DNA from: an uncultured Gammaproteobacteria bacterium
GTDB taxonomy: Bacteria > Patescibacteriota > Patescibacteriia > VMEV01 > CAYQCH01
Reading direction: 5' to 3'
DNA length: 64,000 nucleotides
Assembly: GCA_964352335.1 (NCBI GenBank)
Contig: CAYGRO010000003.1
Coordinates: 24,798 to 88,797, forward strand
This document shows positions 37,278 through 47,179 of this stretch, in pieces (the stretch's first letter is position 1; each line of letters opens with the position of its first letter). A program made the position numbers and the translations under genes. Below the pieces are notes generated by a model. It was not told the origin of the DNA and did not search any database. It saw only the letters and a list, made by a program, of their open reading frames with translations.

Positions 37278-37470
37278 GTACACCTCCTAGGTGTTTGAAA
37301 CGTTGTTTGATATGAAAAAAGCACTCGCTAGCAATATGCCAGCAAATACTCTCTCCCCTTCTATTCTCTCATTACAGTGGCGCATTTAAGCGTATAATGA
37401 AAGAATAGATTAAATTACAATAAAAACGGCTTTTTGTCAAGCCATAAAGCCCCTAATAAAATAGCTAATA

Positions 37471-38661
37471 TTAGGCTAATTTTTTAAATGATTGCATATT
37501 GGAAGCGATAAAAAGGAGGGTAAAACCACCAGCTAAAACAAAAGTTAAGGCAAAGAAAGTTGTCTCATCTAAATAAAGAGCTAATGGGATAAGCAATAAA
37601 TAGAAAAAAACACGAGTAATATTGGTTAAAACTTCCCTCCCCAAAATAAAGGTTGTAGGTGCTTTTTCTCTTTTAGCGAGCTTATAAAAAATACTTGACC
37701 AAGCAACAATTAAAGCAGGATAAAATAAAAAGAAGAGCAAATGACTAATCGATGCTGTTAAAGCAGAGTCAACAAATAGACGACTAAACCAAACGAGAGC
37801 TGTTAATATCGCTGTAACACTCAACACTTTTTTTCTTTTCCCATGATCAGTCATTGAACCAGCAATAAAAGTCATTAAAGAACTGATCAATAGTGAAAGT
37901 GAAATGAGCCCTCCAAATTCTTCTAAATTCCCTATTTGAATAAATAGATACAGTTTCCACAAAACAGTCGCAACAATAAATTCATTGGCATAGCCGATAT
38001 TAGAGATTGTATGCGCCCAATGTTTTTTATTAAAAACAGATTGAAATAAATGCTTCGCAGTTAAATTCGGAGAGACTTTTCGTTTTTTAAAAAACAGAAG
38101 TGGCAAAAGTGCTAAGACTAAAATACAAGCACTTAAAAAGAAGACTGTTTTAAAATTGAATTGCGTAATAATCACAGCACCTAAAAATGGAGCAGCCAAT
38201 GCGACAAGTGAAGTAATCATATGACGCAAACCAAGTTCTTTCCCTAAATCTTTTTTATCACTTGCCCCCGAAAAATCTAAATGATACCCCGTATTAAAAA
38301 AGATCGATTTATAAACAGCAATGAGAGGAATAACCCAAAAGAGCCATGAATAATTTTCTAAAAATGGTATCAACAAAGCTGTCCCCACAAAAAAAGGAAC
38401 GCTTGCAATAAGCATCGATTTATCTGACATTTTTCGCAATATCGGAATACTCAAAAAAGCAGCGATAACAAAATAGACATTTTCTATCGCATAAAATAAT
38501 AAAATCTTCCAAAGTGGATATCCTAATTCCCAAAGAAAAATTGGAATAAAAACTGTCACAAGCCCAAGTGCAAAATTCACCAAGGCAACAGCAAAATAGA
38601 GAGATGTCACTTCCCTATTTCCAAAAAACTGGATATGCCTGGTTATATGATTATTAATCAT
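37471..38661 (-). CDS. Polytopic membrane transporter (MFS-like)
   Basis: 396 aa with about 11-12 hydrophobic helices. Confidence 0.4.
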   Translation of the reverse strand: MINNHITRHIQFFGNREVTSLYFAVALVNFALGLVTVFIPIFLWELGYPLWKILLFYAIENVYFVIAAFLSIPILRKMSDKSMLIASVPFFVGTALLIPFLENYSWLFWVIPLIAVYKSIFFNTGYHLDFSGASDKKDLGKELGLRHMITSLVALAAPFLGAVIITQFNFKTVFFLSACILVLALLPLLFFKKRKVSPNLTAKHLFQSVFNKKHWAHTISNIGYANEFIVATVLWKLYLFIQIGNLEEFGGLISLSLLISSLMTFIAGSMTDHGKRKKVLSVTAILTALVWFSRLFVDSALTASISHLLFFLFYPALIVAWSSIFYKLAKREKAPTTFILGREVLTNITRVFFYLLLIPLALYLDETTFFALTFVLAGGFTLLFIASNMQSFKKLA

Positions 38662-39710
38662 TTTTTCACAAAAAGTGTTTGTGTTGGATAAGCAAATTCA
38701 ATTTTCTCTTGAGCAAATACTTTATTTAAAGCAAATAACACTTCTTGTTGCTTATCTAGATACAAAACAAAATCATCATCATTTACAAAATAAGAAAATT
38801 CAAATGTAATAGCAGAGTCGTCAAAACTTATTAAATGAGCTCTATTGAAGGTAACTTGTTCTACCTCATCTACAATCTTTTTAAAGATCTCAGGGATTTT
38901 TTCTAATTTTTCTTGTGGAGTTTCGTAAAGAACACCAACAGAAAAAATAACATTTCTACTTTTTATTCGTCTAAAGTTATTAATTCGGCTGGTCGTTAAT
39001 TCTTGATTAGAAATGATAATCTCTTCTCCTTGCAATGACTGTAATCTTGTTGTTTTAATTCCAACCTTTTTTACTGTCCCAGAATCTTGTCCGACCTGAA
39101 TAAAATCACCAACCTCAAAAGGTTTATCAAAATAAATAGCAAAAGAACTAAATAAATCACCCAAAACATTTTGTAAGGCTAATGCGACGGCAACCCCACC
39201 AATACCTAGCCCCGCAATAAGTGATGTAATATTTACCCCTAAATTTGAAAGAATCAGTAATCCACCAATTAGCCAAAAAACTCCCATGGTCATTTGGCGT
39301 AATAAACCAATCATGGGAGCAGAGCCATTCTTTTTCATCTGATGCTCAGCGATATAGTCAATAAAAACACTAAGAGCATTCACAACCACGATAACTGACC
39401 AAACTGTAAGAATGACATTAGCTGCTGTCTTTAGGTAACTTGGTAATTGTAAAAGGCTTAACGAAATCGAAAATGCAAAAAAAAGATAAAATGAAGTAGA
39501 AATGCTTTTAAGCATTCGTATAACTAAATCATCAATTCCAATAGCTGTTTTTTGTGTTAATGCATATAGTTTATGCAGAATATAAACTATAATAACTTTA
39601 AAGAACACAAATAAGATGATAAATACACCCAAAGCAATACAATACTGTAAAAGCGTATTGGAAAAAAACATCATTCCCCAAAATGGCAAATCTAAAAAAT
39701 CATTTATCAT
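38658..39710 (-). CDS. mscS: Small-conductance mechanosensitive channel
   Basis: TM3-beta domain signature GLGIGGVAVALALQNVLGDLFSSFAIYFDKPFEVGDFIQV. Confidence 0.75.
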   Translation of the reverse strand: MINDFLDLPFWGMMFFSNTLLQYCIALGVFIILFVFFKVIIVYILHKLYALTQKTAIGIDDLVIRMLKSISTSFYLFFAFSISLSLLQLPSYLKTAANVILTVWSVIVVVNALSVFIDYIAEHQMKKNGSAPMIGLLRQMTMGVFWLIGGLLILSNLGVNITSLIAGLGIGGVAVALALQNVLGDLFSSFAIYFDKPFEVGDFIQVGQDSGTVKKVGIKTTRLQSLQGEEIIISNQELTTSRINNFRRIKSRNVIFSVGVLYETPQEKLEKIPEIFKKIVDEVEQVTFNRAHLISFDDSAITFEFSYFVNDDDFVLYLDKQQEVLFALNKVFAQEKIEFAYPTQTLFVKK

Positions 39711-39726
39711 ACAAAACCAGAATACT

Positions 39727-40263
39727 TTAGTACACTCGAACAGGAAAATCTATTGGAAGATTATTATTCGCACGTAGTTTTTCATAAGCAACGATATCTA
39801 ATGTAATATCATAGCAGTCGGTACCAGCTGCATGCTCATAATAAGTACCTGAACGATTAATATACTCGTATTTTGTATTTAGATATGGACGTTCATTTGT
39901 GTTTTCAAGTGCAAAATTAGCACAAAGTTTAAATGCATCTTTAGAAATCTTTGTATAAGTATAATACTCTTTTGTTTCAGGATCTTTTACTAAATTTTTA
40001 TCATAAATCCTTTCTTCGATTTCTGCTAAAGAATCTGGCAAATCTTGTTGTTGATTCCAATATGTAATTAACTCGCTATCAATGGCATTTAATGCATTCG
40101 ATCGTTGATCATCTAAACGTTTTAATCTTTGCTGTACTGGTGAACCAATTAAAACAAAACCAATAACAATGGTCGCAAAAACAAATAGAACCACTAACGA
40201 AATAAATGCCATTAATCCTTTATTTTTTTTCATAGTTTTTTTCATCCCAAAGATAATATCCAA
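39727..40263 (-). CDS. Hypothetical membrane-anchored protein (the start is probably an internal Met at 40212-40245)
   Basis: N-terminal TM helix, then a soluble domain with no recognisable motif. Confidence 0.35.
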   Translation of the reverse strand: MDIIFGMKKTMKKNKGLMAFISLVVLFVFATIVIGFVLIGSPVQQRLKRLDDQRSNALNAIDSELITYWNQQQDLPDSLAEIEERIYDKNLVKDPETKEYYTYTKISKDAFKLCANFALENTNERPYLNTKYEYINRSGTYYEHAAGTDCYDITLDIVAYEKLRANNNLPIDFPVRVY

Positions 40264-40693
40264 AAATAGAACCCGTTACCAAGAGAACTGTTAATAATTT
40301 AAGAATAAATCTTACTGTAATCTCACCATTCAAAAAGGTCATAACTAATGCAATCGTACTTCCAATGATGATTAATGCTGCTATAAAAAGCGTAAAATAC
40401 ACCAACCATTTTCGGATCCATTGTTTATGCTTGCTTGCATCTTTTTGATAAGACTTTGTTAATGTCCAAGAAGTAAAGAGATACACCGGGAAAACAACAA
40501 TAAGAAATGCTAAAGCAGTTCGAATAGCACTCTGAGCATTTTCTGCTGAATAATATTGATCTACAATGTCAGGAATCCAAGTATTAATCGCTTGGAAAGA
40601 AATAACGGTAACACTGATCGCACTCACATATAATGTCACCATTGACAAAAGATGTAAGAAAAAATCCTTTGGAGTTACTTTGGCTGTTTTCAT
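40220..40693 (-). CDS. Hypothetical 4-TM membrane protein
   Basis: The start was set to MKTAKVTPKDFF to remove the overlap with mutY. Four predicted hydrophobic helices. Confidence 0.35.
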   Translation of the reverse strand: MKTAKVTPKDFFLHLLSMVTLYVSAISVTVISFQAINTWIPDIVDQYYSAENAQSAIRTALAFLIVVFPVYLFTSWTLTKSYQKDASKHKQWIRKWLVYFTLFIAALIIIGSTIALVMTFLNGEITVRFILKLLTVLLVTGSIFGYYLWDEKNYEKK

Positions 40694-40740
40694 AAGTTTT
40701 GATTTATTTAGTACTTTTACTATAGCAAATTCCTCGTTCT

Positions 40741-41643
40741 TCAGGAACCTGGCAGTAAATACTTTCGTTTTTTGTATAAAATTAATCCATCTTTTATTAA
40801 TCGTGCCAATAGATGATCTAACCATTGTTTATCTTGTTTGGACTCATAGAAGAGGCCTGATATTGCTTCAATTTCTTTCCTTGTAACTCCTGCTTTGTTA
40901 TTTTTCACACACTGTAACACTTTCCCTCTATAGATTCGGTCTGGATACTTTTTCCCCATATGAATCTTTTCTTTTGCTTTTGGCAAAGAGCGTTTTGGGA
41001 TAAGAACGTTTCCAGAAAGAAATCGTTTTGATGATTTACAAGTTGTTTTAAGTGGACAAACTGAACAACTAGGCTTTTTTGAACAAACTTTTGTCCCAAG
41101 ATCAAATAATGCTTGTGGAATATCATAGTATTCTTTTGACTCCGACAAAAGTTGTAAACCAGATTTTTGTATTTTTTCATCATCTGAAAAATCAGGAAAT
41201 AGTTTTCCTAAGGAATACCTCCCTATTACTCGTCGAATAATACTATCAATGGGAAAGACTTTCTCATGAGCAGAAAATAATGCGATTGCCGATGAAGTAT
41301 AAGGACCAATTCCTTTGAGTTGAACCCATTCCTTTTGTGTTTTGGGTAAACCATCATCTATTACTTGCTTGGCGATATCTCTTAAAGCTAATGCCCGTCG
41401 GTTATAGCCTAGCCCCGACCAAGCATGAATAACATCAGCATTTGTCGCTTTTGCCAATGCAGAAAAATCTGGAAATTGTTTTAACCAATTTTTGTAAAAA
41501 TTGATTACGCGATCAACCTGCGTTTGTTGAAGCATGATTTCTGAAACCAAAATTTTATAAGGGTCTATTGTTTCTCTCCAAGGCAAGTCCCGTTTTTCTT
41601 TTTCATACCACTGTAATAATTTTGTTGCTGTTTTCATAAACAT
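40741..41643 (-). CDS. mutY: HhH-GPD base-excision DNA glycosylase (MutY/Nth-like) with a 4Fe-4S cluster loop
   Basis: LLQWYEKEKRDLPWRETIDPYKILVSEIMLQQTQV, followed by HhH (LKGIGPYTSSAIALF) and an FeS loop (CSKKPSCSVCPLKTTC). Confidence 0.6.
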   Translation of the reverse strand: MFMKTATKLLQWYEKEKRDLPWRETIDPYKILVSEIMLQQTQVDRVINFYKNWLKQFPDFSALAKATNADVIHAWSGLGYNRRALALRDIAKQVIDDGLPKTQKEWVQLKGIGPYTSSAIALFSAHEKVFPIDSIIRRVIGRYSLGKLFPDFSDDEKIQKSGLQLLSESKEYYDIPQALFDLGTKVCSKKPSCSVCPLKTTCKSSKRFLSGNVLIPKRSLPKAKEKIHMGKKYPDRIYRGKVLQCVKNNKAGVTRKEIEAISGLFYESKQDKQWLDHLLARLIKDGLILYKKRKYLLPGS

Positions 41644-41711
41644 CAAATATCGTTCTCTAAAAATAGCCCTTGTTTTTAACAAGAGCTATTAGTGTAACGT
41701 AACTAAAAAAT

Positions 41712-42092
41712 TTAGGCTAAAAACCCTTGATACAAGAAAAACAAACCAAAACAAAGATCAATAATAGCAAAAGAAATCCAAGTACTTCTTTTCGTTAATG
41801 ATTTTGTTAAAGAAATCATGCTTTGAGGAAAAAGCAAAAGCGAAATCCCTTTTAACAAAGCGATCAACCCGATAAGTGGAATAAGCATAGCCCATCCATC
41901 CCAAGAAGGATGCATAAGCAAAATACTCGCACCAGTAACTAAAGATAATAAACCAGCTAAAAGTAAAAAACCTTTATCTTTTAAATATTTATGAACCGCT
42001 TGTGCATAAAACTCTCGATTTAGTAATAAACTAATACTAATCACCGTTGTTACGATACCTATTAACCTTGTGAGAAACATTGATGGCTCCAT
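41712..42092 (-). CDS. Hypothetical small membrane protein (4 TM)
   Basis: Hydrophobic ORF with no recognisable motif. Confidence 0.3.
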   Translation of the reverse strand: MEPSMFLTRLIGIVTTVISISLLLNREFYAQAVHKYLKDKGFLLLAGLLSLVTGASILLMHPSWDGWAMLIPLIGLIALLKGISLLLFPQSMISLTKSLTKRSTWISFAIIDLCFGLFFLYQGFLA

Positions 42093-42129
42093 ATATTTTG
42101 TAATTAAATTCTAATAAATTTATTTTAGC

Positions 42130-43215
42130 TTATTTTCTAACAATAATCATCGCAGAAGAAGCATCTTCTGGAATGGGAACATAATTACCAGAAGGATAAT
42201 CTCTTAAAGAAGTCCTAATTGTTTCATAACTATATCGAAAATCTTTTCCTCGTTTTGTCCCAGGTTCATTTGTTATAAACTCTGCTGTTTCCCAATCGAA
42301 TCCTGTTACAACCAACATATGGCGTTCTGGCCCACCATTTACAAAGTGATCATTTCTTAGGGCTTTTCCATCTACTGGAATCAAGACAAGATTCCCCTTC
42401 GACAACTCTTCTCTGATAGTAGAGGCAGCAATATTGTGTCGAACCTCAACATTCATATAGTCAAAATATTCATTAAACAATCGATCAACAGTATCTTGGG
42501 CAGATGTATCTACATAAGCACCATAGCGAGTTTTTTGTTGCTCAGCCATTGCAATAATCTGATCCCGCGAATCGTCTAGTGATATGTTTTCACCACGCGC
42601 CCAAGCAATAGCCATAAGAGTAGAAGCTTCTTCACATCCTTCTTGTTGACGCAAATCATCCCATTCTGCAAATGGTGATTGCGGTGTAAATGGTACATCT
42701 AAGGTATTTGTAAGCGCGACTTGCACTCCATCAGGAATTTTTTCTAATTGCTCATTCAAGATTGGCAAACCAAGGTTTTGAATTGATTCGTATATTTCTT
42801 CCTCTACACCTAATTGATGTTTTTGCAAATTATCGGGGTCTATATACCAAGCAAATAATGCATTTTCAATATCTAAAATAATTCTTCCAGAAAGTCTTTT
42901 TCTCAAATCTAAATCACCCACAAAAGAATCGGATACCAGAGGGATTTGCTCTAAATCTTTTGAGGTAACCCCAAGCCCAACAGTTGTAATCACGGTCTTT
43001 GCTTCATTTGGTGTTCCAACAAAATATCGTTCATTTGTTAATGGATGAACATACCAAGCATCTCCCCCGTTATTTACATCTAAAAAAAACTTACCTGCAT
43101 GAGCCTCTACAAAATTTATCTTATAAGGAAAAAAGAAAAGGGTTACCGCAAAAATTGCAGCGATAATAACAAGGCAAGCGAGAATAATTCTTACAAATAA
43201 AGCAGGTTTTTTCAT
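42130..43215 (-). CDS. Membrane-anchored secreted protein with the same two N-terminal ~55-aa repeats as the 13150..14934 protein plus a C-terminal C39-like (papain-fold) domain
   Basis: The repeats are GKFFLDVNNGGDAWYVHPLTNERYFVG and SGRIILDIENALFAWYIDPDNLQKHQLG. The C-terminal region (CEEASTLMAIAWARG ... HMLVVTGFDWETAEFITNEPG) resembles Peptidase_C39-like domains. Confidence 0.4.
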   Translation of the reverse strand: MKKPALFVRIILACLVIIAAIFAVTLFFFPYKINFVEAHAGKFFLDVNNGGDAWYVHPLTNERYFVGTPNEAKTVITTVGLGVTSKDLEQIPLVSDSFVGDLDLRKRLSGRIILDIENALFAWYIDPDNLQKHQLGVEEEIYESIQNLGLPILNEQLEKIPDGVQVALTNTLDVPFTPQSPFAEWDDLRQQEGCEEASTLMAIAWARGENISLDDSRDQIIAMAEQQKTRYGAYVDTSAQDTVDRLFNEYFDYMNVEVRHNIAASTIREELSKGNLVLIPVDGKALRNDHFVNGGPERHMLVVTGFDWETAEFITNEPGTKRGKDFRYSYETIRTSLRDYPSGNYVPIPEDASSAMIIVRK

Positions 43216-43224
43216 AACTCTATT

Positions 43225-43797
43225 TTACCAAAAACTAAGAGTCATAACACCATAAGCGAGCAATACATTAAAAAAAGTATTCCCAATTAAAGCGATCGGG
43301 AAAATATAACGCAATCGATACCCAAGAAAACCAAGGGGAACGATTACCAATTCATTTGGCGCTGGTGCAATTGAAGCATAAATACCTAAAACAATTAAAG
43401 GCAAGCGAGGATTTCTTTCTTTTAATCTTGTAATTGTTGTTAAAGATTTTTGTGAAACGGCAGATGTTGTAATTTTTCTTCCCGTATCTCCAATAAAATA
43501 ACCAATTACATCTCCTGTTGTCATTCCTAAACTAATCAAAAAAATGGTAAAAAAAGGATGAAGACCTGATTGAACAAAAACAGAATAAAATGCAATAACC
43601 GGAATTGGTACAAAAACGTTAAACCCACTAATAATTGAAATAATAAATAACCCTGGATAACCAAAAGCCTGAACAATAGCTTGTATTGCCGAATCATTTG
43701 GCACAGATTTTGTTAAATAAATCGCTGTGATCAAGATAACCAAAACAATTCCTGCTTGCACAACAAGTTTAACTATTTTTTTCTGTTTTTCTTTCAT
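43225..43797 (-). CDS. DedA/VTT-family membrane protein
   Basis: 190 aa with hydrophobic helices. The glycine-containing segment GMTTGDVIGYFIGDTG is typical of DedA/SNARE-associated proteins. Confidence 0.45.
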   Translation of the reverse strand: MKEKQKKIVKLVVQAGIVLVILITAIYLTKSVPNDSAIQAIVQAFGYPGLFIISIISGFNVFVPIPVIAFYSVFVQSGLHPFFTIFLISLGMTTGDVIGYFIGDTGRKITTSAVSQKSLTTITRLKERNPRLPLIVLGIYASIAPAPNELVIVPLGFLGYRLRYIFPIALIGNTFFNVLLAYGVMTLSFW

Positions 43798-43888
43798 TCC
43801 CTTATTTTAGCACAAATTTCATAGATCTATAACGAACGACACGCCAGATAAGATTGCTCTCATCTGACGTGTCTGTTGAGATAGATAC

Positions 43889-44734
43889 CTAGTCGAGGTA
43901 GGCCATCATCGCTTCGAGGAATTTCCGTAACTGTTCAGCCCGGTCAGCTCCTCGGCGGCTGATCTCTTCGTGGTCGTGCTCTTCCTTGTCATCGTTGGTG
44001 ATCAAGCAGAGCATCAAAGCACGAACACCTAGATCTCGGTACAACCGAGCAAGGTACATTTCCCACTGCCCGCTCATTCCGATGACTTCTGCCCCCCAAC
44101 TCTTGAAGAGAGGTTTTTCCGCCCACCGCCCCTCGAGATGAGGTCCACGGCAGATCATGTGAGTGGCAAGCTTACCACCCAGCTCCTCTATGGCGACACG
44201 AGAGAGCTCATGATCAACACCGTCTTCTGGGGCAGCGAAATCGTCGCCGGCAAAAGCCATTGGCGGGCTGTAGAACGAAGCACCAAGGAAAGCCCTTGGC
44301 ACAGCGATGTCCCCAACCACGAGATCCTCGGAAAGACTCCCGCAACCGCTCGTCGAGATCAAGTAGCGGACTCCTGCGTGGAAGAGCATCTCGATTGAGA
44401 GGCGTGCGAGCTTCATGCTTGGGTCTTGGTAGCCATGGATTCGGCTACAAATGACAACATCAAGCCCCTTAACCTCCATATAGCCCAGCCACTTACCGTG
44501 ACCATCAACACCATCGAGGTTCGCGACTTCTTCCAAGCCGGGAACGTCTTGAAGACGGATCTTCACCTTGAAGTCCTTGTCTTCGAAAGCATCACCCCAG
44601 CCACTACCTGGAATGATGGCAACTGCTGGGCTGCTCCCCTTTGGAATCTGCAGAAGATCCCGAAGAGCTGCCCCGGCTTTCTCTGCCGACTCGAGGCAAG
44701 CTCGATTTACACCTTTTTCCATAAACACATCCAA
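43889..44734 (-). CDS. Purine nucleoside phosphorylase / MTA phosphorylase-family enzyme (PNP family 2), GC-rich and likely horizontally acquired
   Basis: IIPGSGWG phosphate-binding loop and VIGMSGQWEMYLARLYRDLGVRALMLCLITND, which matches the PNP/MTAP signature GMSTVPEVIVARH...SLITN. The GC content is far above that of the neighbouring genes. Confidence 0.6.
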   Translation of the reverse strand: MDVFMEKGVNRACLESAEKAGAALRDLLQIPKGSSPAVAIIPGSGWGDAFEDKDFKVKIRLQDVPGLEEVANLDGVDGHGKWLGYMEVKGLDVVICSRIHGYQDPSMKLARLSIEMLFHAGVRYLISTSGCGSLSEDLVVGDIAVPRAFLGASFYSPPMAFAGDDFAAPEDGVDHELSRVAIEELGGKLATHMICRGPHLEGRWAEKPLFKSWGAEVIGMSGQWEMYLARLYRDLGVRALMLCLITNDDKEEHDHEEISRRGADRAEQLRKFLEAMMAYLD

Positions 44735-44892
44735 TGCCCGTAGGCTCTAGAGGAAAAGTGAGATTATCAAAGTTTTTTAGAAATGACCAATATACCCTTG
44801 CCAAAAACACAATAATCTGGTAAATTTTCTTTAATCTAAATTCAATTTGATAATGATTTTCAATTTGTATTATTTTACCTAATTTTAGCTAA

Positions 44893-46332
44893 ATGTCTAA
44901 AGAAAAAGTCCAAAAAATAGCTGATCAGGAGTATAAATATGGCTTTGTAAGCGATATTGAAATGGATATTGCTCCAAAAGGCTTAAATGAAGATACGATT
45001 AGACTCATTTCTCAAAAGAAGAATGAGCCTGATTTTATGTTGGAATTTAGACTCAAAGCTTATAAACATTGGCTTACACAAACGGAGCCAAAATGGTCTA
45101 ACCTTACCTACCCTCCTATTGATTACCAAGAAATCTCGTATTATGCCGCTCCAACCAAAAAGAAGGAGCTAAAATCTTTAGACGAAGTAGATCCAGAAAT
45201 TTTAGAAACCTTTAAAAAATTAGGCATTTCTTTAGATGAACAAAAACGATTATCCAATGTTGCCGTAGATGCCGTGATGGATAGTGTTTCTGTCGCGACA
45301 ACCTTTAAAGATAAATTAGCCAAAGCCGGTGTTATTTTTTGTTCTATTTCAGAAGCGATTCAAACTCATCCTGAATTAGTAAAAAAATATCTAGGAACTG
45401 TTGTCCCCTATCATGATAATTTTTTTGCGACATTAAATTCAGCAACGTTTACCGACGGATCTTTTGTTTATATTCCAAAAGGTGTTCGTTGCCCAATGGA
45501 ATTATCTACCTACTTTAGAATCAATGCTGCCAATACCGGTCAATTTGAACGCACACTTATTATTGCCGACGAAGGTTCGCATGTAAGTTACCTCGAAGGT
45601 TGTACAGCTCCAATGCGAGATGAAAATCAATTGCATGCTGCTGTTGTAGAATTGATCGCTTTGAAGGATGCAGAAATCAAATACTCAACCGTACAGAACT
45701 GGTACCCCGGTGACGAAAACGGAAAAGGTGGTATTTATAATTTTGTTACGAAGCGTGGATTATGTCTTGGTGAGAATTCAAAAATTTCTTGGACGCAAGT
45801 AGAAACTGGTTCTGCAATTACATGGAAGTACCCTAGTTGCATTCTGCGTGGAGATAATTCTAAAGGAGAATTTTACTCTGTTGCTTTAACAAACAATATG
45901 CAACAAGCGGACACAGGAACAAAAATGATTCATGTAGGAAAAAATACAAAGAGCACAATCATTTCAAAAGGTATTTCTGCTGGAAAAAGCAAGAACACTT
46001 ATCGTGGAATGGTTAAGGTTGCCAAGAATGCATCAAATACAAGAAACTTCACACAATGTGATTCTTTATTGATTGGATCTGAATGTACCGCCGACACCTT
46101 CCCTAAAGTGGATGTAAAAAATGCAGACTCAATGGTTGAACATGAAGCAACAACATCAAAAATTTCTGATGAACAATTATTCTACCTGCAACAACGGGGA
46201 TTAAACCCAGAAGACGCAGCAAGCTTGATTGTCAACGGATTTTGTAAAGATGTCTTTGACCAACTCCCAATGGAATTTGCAGCCGAAGCTCATCAATTAT
46301 TAGCACTTAAATTAGAAGGGACTATTGGATAA
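44893..46332 (+). CDS. sufB: Fe-S cluster assembly protein SufB
   Basis: 479 aa with full-length SufB similarity (…[14 protein letters not shown]…). Confidence 0.9.
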   Translation: MSKEKVQKIADQEYKYGFVSDIEMDIAPKGLNEDTIRLISQKKNEPDFMLEFRLKAYKHWLTQTEPKWSNLTYPPIDYQEISYYAAPTKKKELKSLDEVDPEILETFKKLGISLDEQKRLSNVAVDAVMDSVSVATTFKDKLAKAGVIFCSISEAIQTHPELVKKYLGTVVPYHDNFFATLNSATFTDGSFVYIPKGVRCPMELSTYFRINAANTGQFERTLIIADEGSHVSYLEGCTAPMRDENQLHAAVVELIALKDAEIKYSTVQNWYPGDENGKGGIYNFVTKRGLCLGENSKISWTQVETGSAITWKYPSCILRGDNSKGEFYSVALTNNMQQADTGTKMIHVGKNTKSTIISKGISAGKSKNTYRGMVKVAKNASNTRNFTQCDSLLIGSECTADTFPKVDVKNADSMVEHEATTSKISDEQLFYLQQRGLNPEDAASLIVNGFCKDVFDQLPMEFAAEAHQLLALKLEGTIG

Positions 46333-46347
46333 GAAATCAAAGGGTCA

Positions 46348-46405
46348 AAGCGTCAGAGCGTCAAAGAAAATAACTTTGTCGCTCTGACGCTTTGACGCAC
46401 TGACC
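46348..46405. repeat. Long near-perfect palindrome (gtcaaagcgtcagagcg tcaaagaaaataactttg tcgctctgacgctttgac) in the sufB-sufC intergenic region
   Basis: Read directly from the sequence. The ~17-bp stem suggests an mRNA processing or stability hairpin, or an intra-operon attenuator. Confidence 0.5.
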
Positions 46406-46413
46406 TCACAACT

Positions 46414-47178
46414 ATGTTACAAATCAAAAATCTCCATATTCAAACAGAAGGAAAAGAAATCCTTAAAGGTCTTGATCTCACAATCAAGGCTGGTGAGGTG
46501 CATGCCATTATGGGACCAAATGGTGCTGGTAAAAGCACATTGGCCTCTGTTCTTGCTGGAAAAGATCAATATGAACTCACAGACGGATCTATTTCTTTTG
46601 AAAACAATGACTTAACAAAGCTTTCTCCGGAAGAACGTTCTTTAGCTGGCATCTTCCTTGCATTCCAATACCCTGTCGAAATCCCAGGAGTGAGTAATCT
46701 TGAATTCTTTAAATCAATTGTAAACCAACATCGTATTCACAGAGGAGAAGATGCTATGGATACATTTCAATTTCAAGCATTCATGAAAGAAAAGCTAGCT
46801 GAATTTGGAATGGACGATAAACTCATGGATAGAAACTTAAACGAAGGATTCTCTGGTGGAGAAAAGAAAAAGAATGAGTTATTACAAATGGCATTACTAA
46901 ATCCAAAGTTAAAAATTCTTGACGAAACAGATTCAGGATTAGATGTAGATGCATTAAAAACAGTTGCAGAAGGTGTGAATAAATTACAATCACCTGAGTC
47001 AGCAACATTAGTGATCACACATTATAATCGTATTCTTGATTACTTGAATATCGATTTCGTACATATTATGGTTGAAGGAAAAATTGTTGCAACGGGTGGA
47101 ATAGAGTTAGCAAAAGAAATTGAAACTGATGGTTATAAAAAGTATCTTCCTAAGAAGCCTTTGACTGTTCTCAATTAA
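46414..47178 (+). CDS. sufC: Fe-S cluster assembly ATPase SufC
   Basis: ABC ATPase Walker A (GPNGAGKST), signature (FSGGEKKK) and Walker B (ILDETDSGLD). Confidence 0.9.
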   Translation: MLQIKNLHIQTEGKEILKGLDLTIKAGEVHAIMGPNGAGKSTLASVLAGKDQYELTDGSISFENNDLTKLSPEERSLAGIFLAFQYPVEIPGVSNLEFFKSIVNQHRIHRGEDAMDTFQFQAFMKEKLAEFGMDDKLMDRNLNEGFSGGEKKKNELLQMALLNPKLKILDETDSGLDVDALKTVAEGVNKLQSPESATLVITHYNRILDYLNIDFVHIMVEGKIVATGGIELAKEIETDGYKKYLPKKPLTVLN

Positions 47179-47179
47179 T

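Noticed and set aside
35585-37315. 576-aa plus-strand ORF opposite the GC-rich lipoprotein gene, plus the smaller ORFs 35613..35912, 35742..36038, 36529..36801 and 36948..37298
   Set aside because: High-GC DNA keeps multiple frames open. The plus-strand translation is Arg/Gly/Pro-rich with no signal peptide or domain. The minus-strand ORF has a lipobox, an SD and Ig-like domain periodicity.
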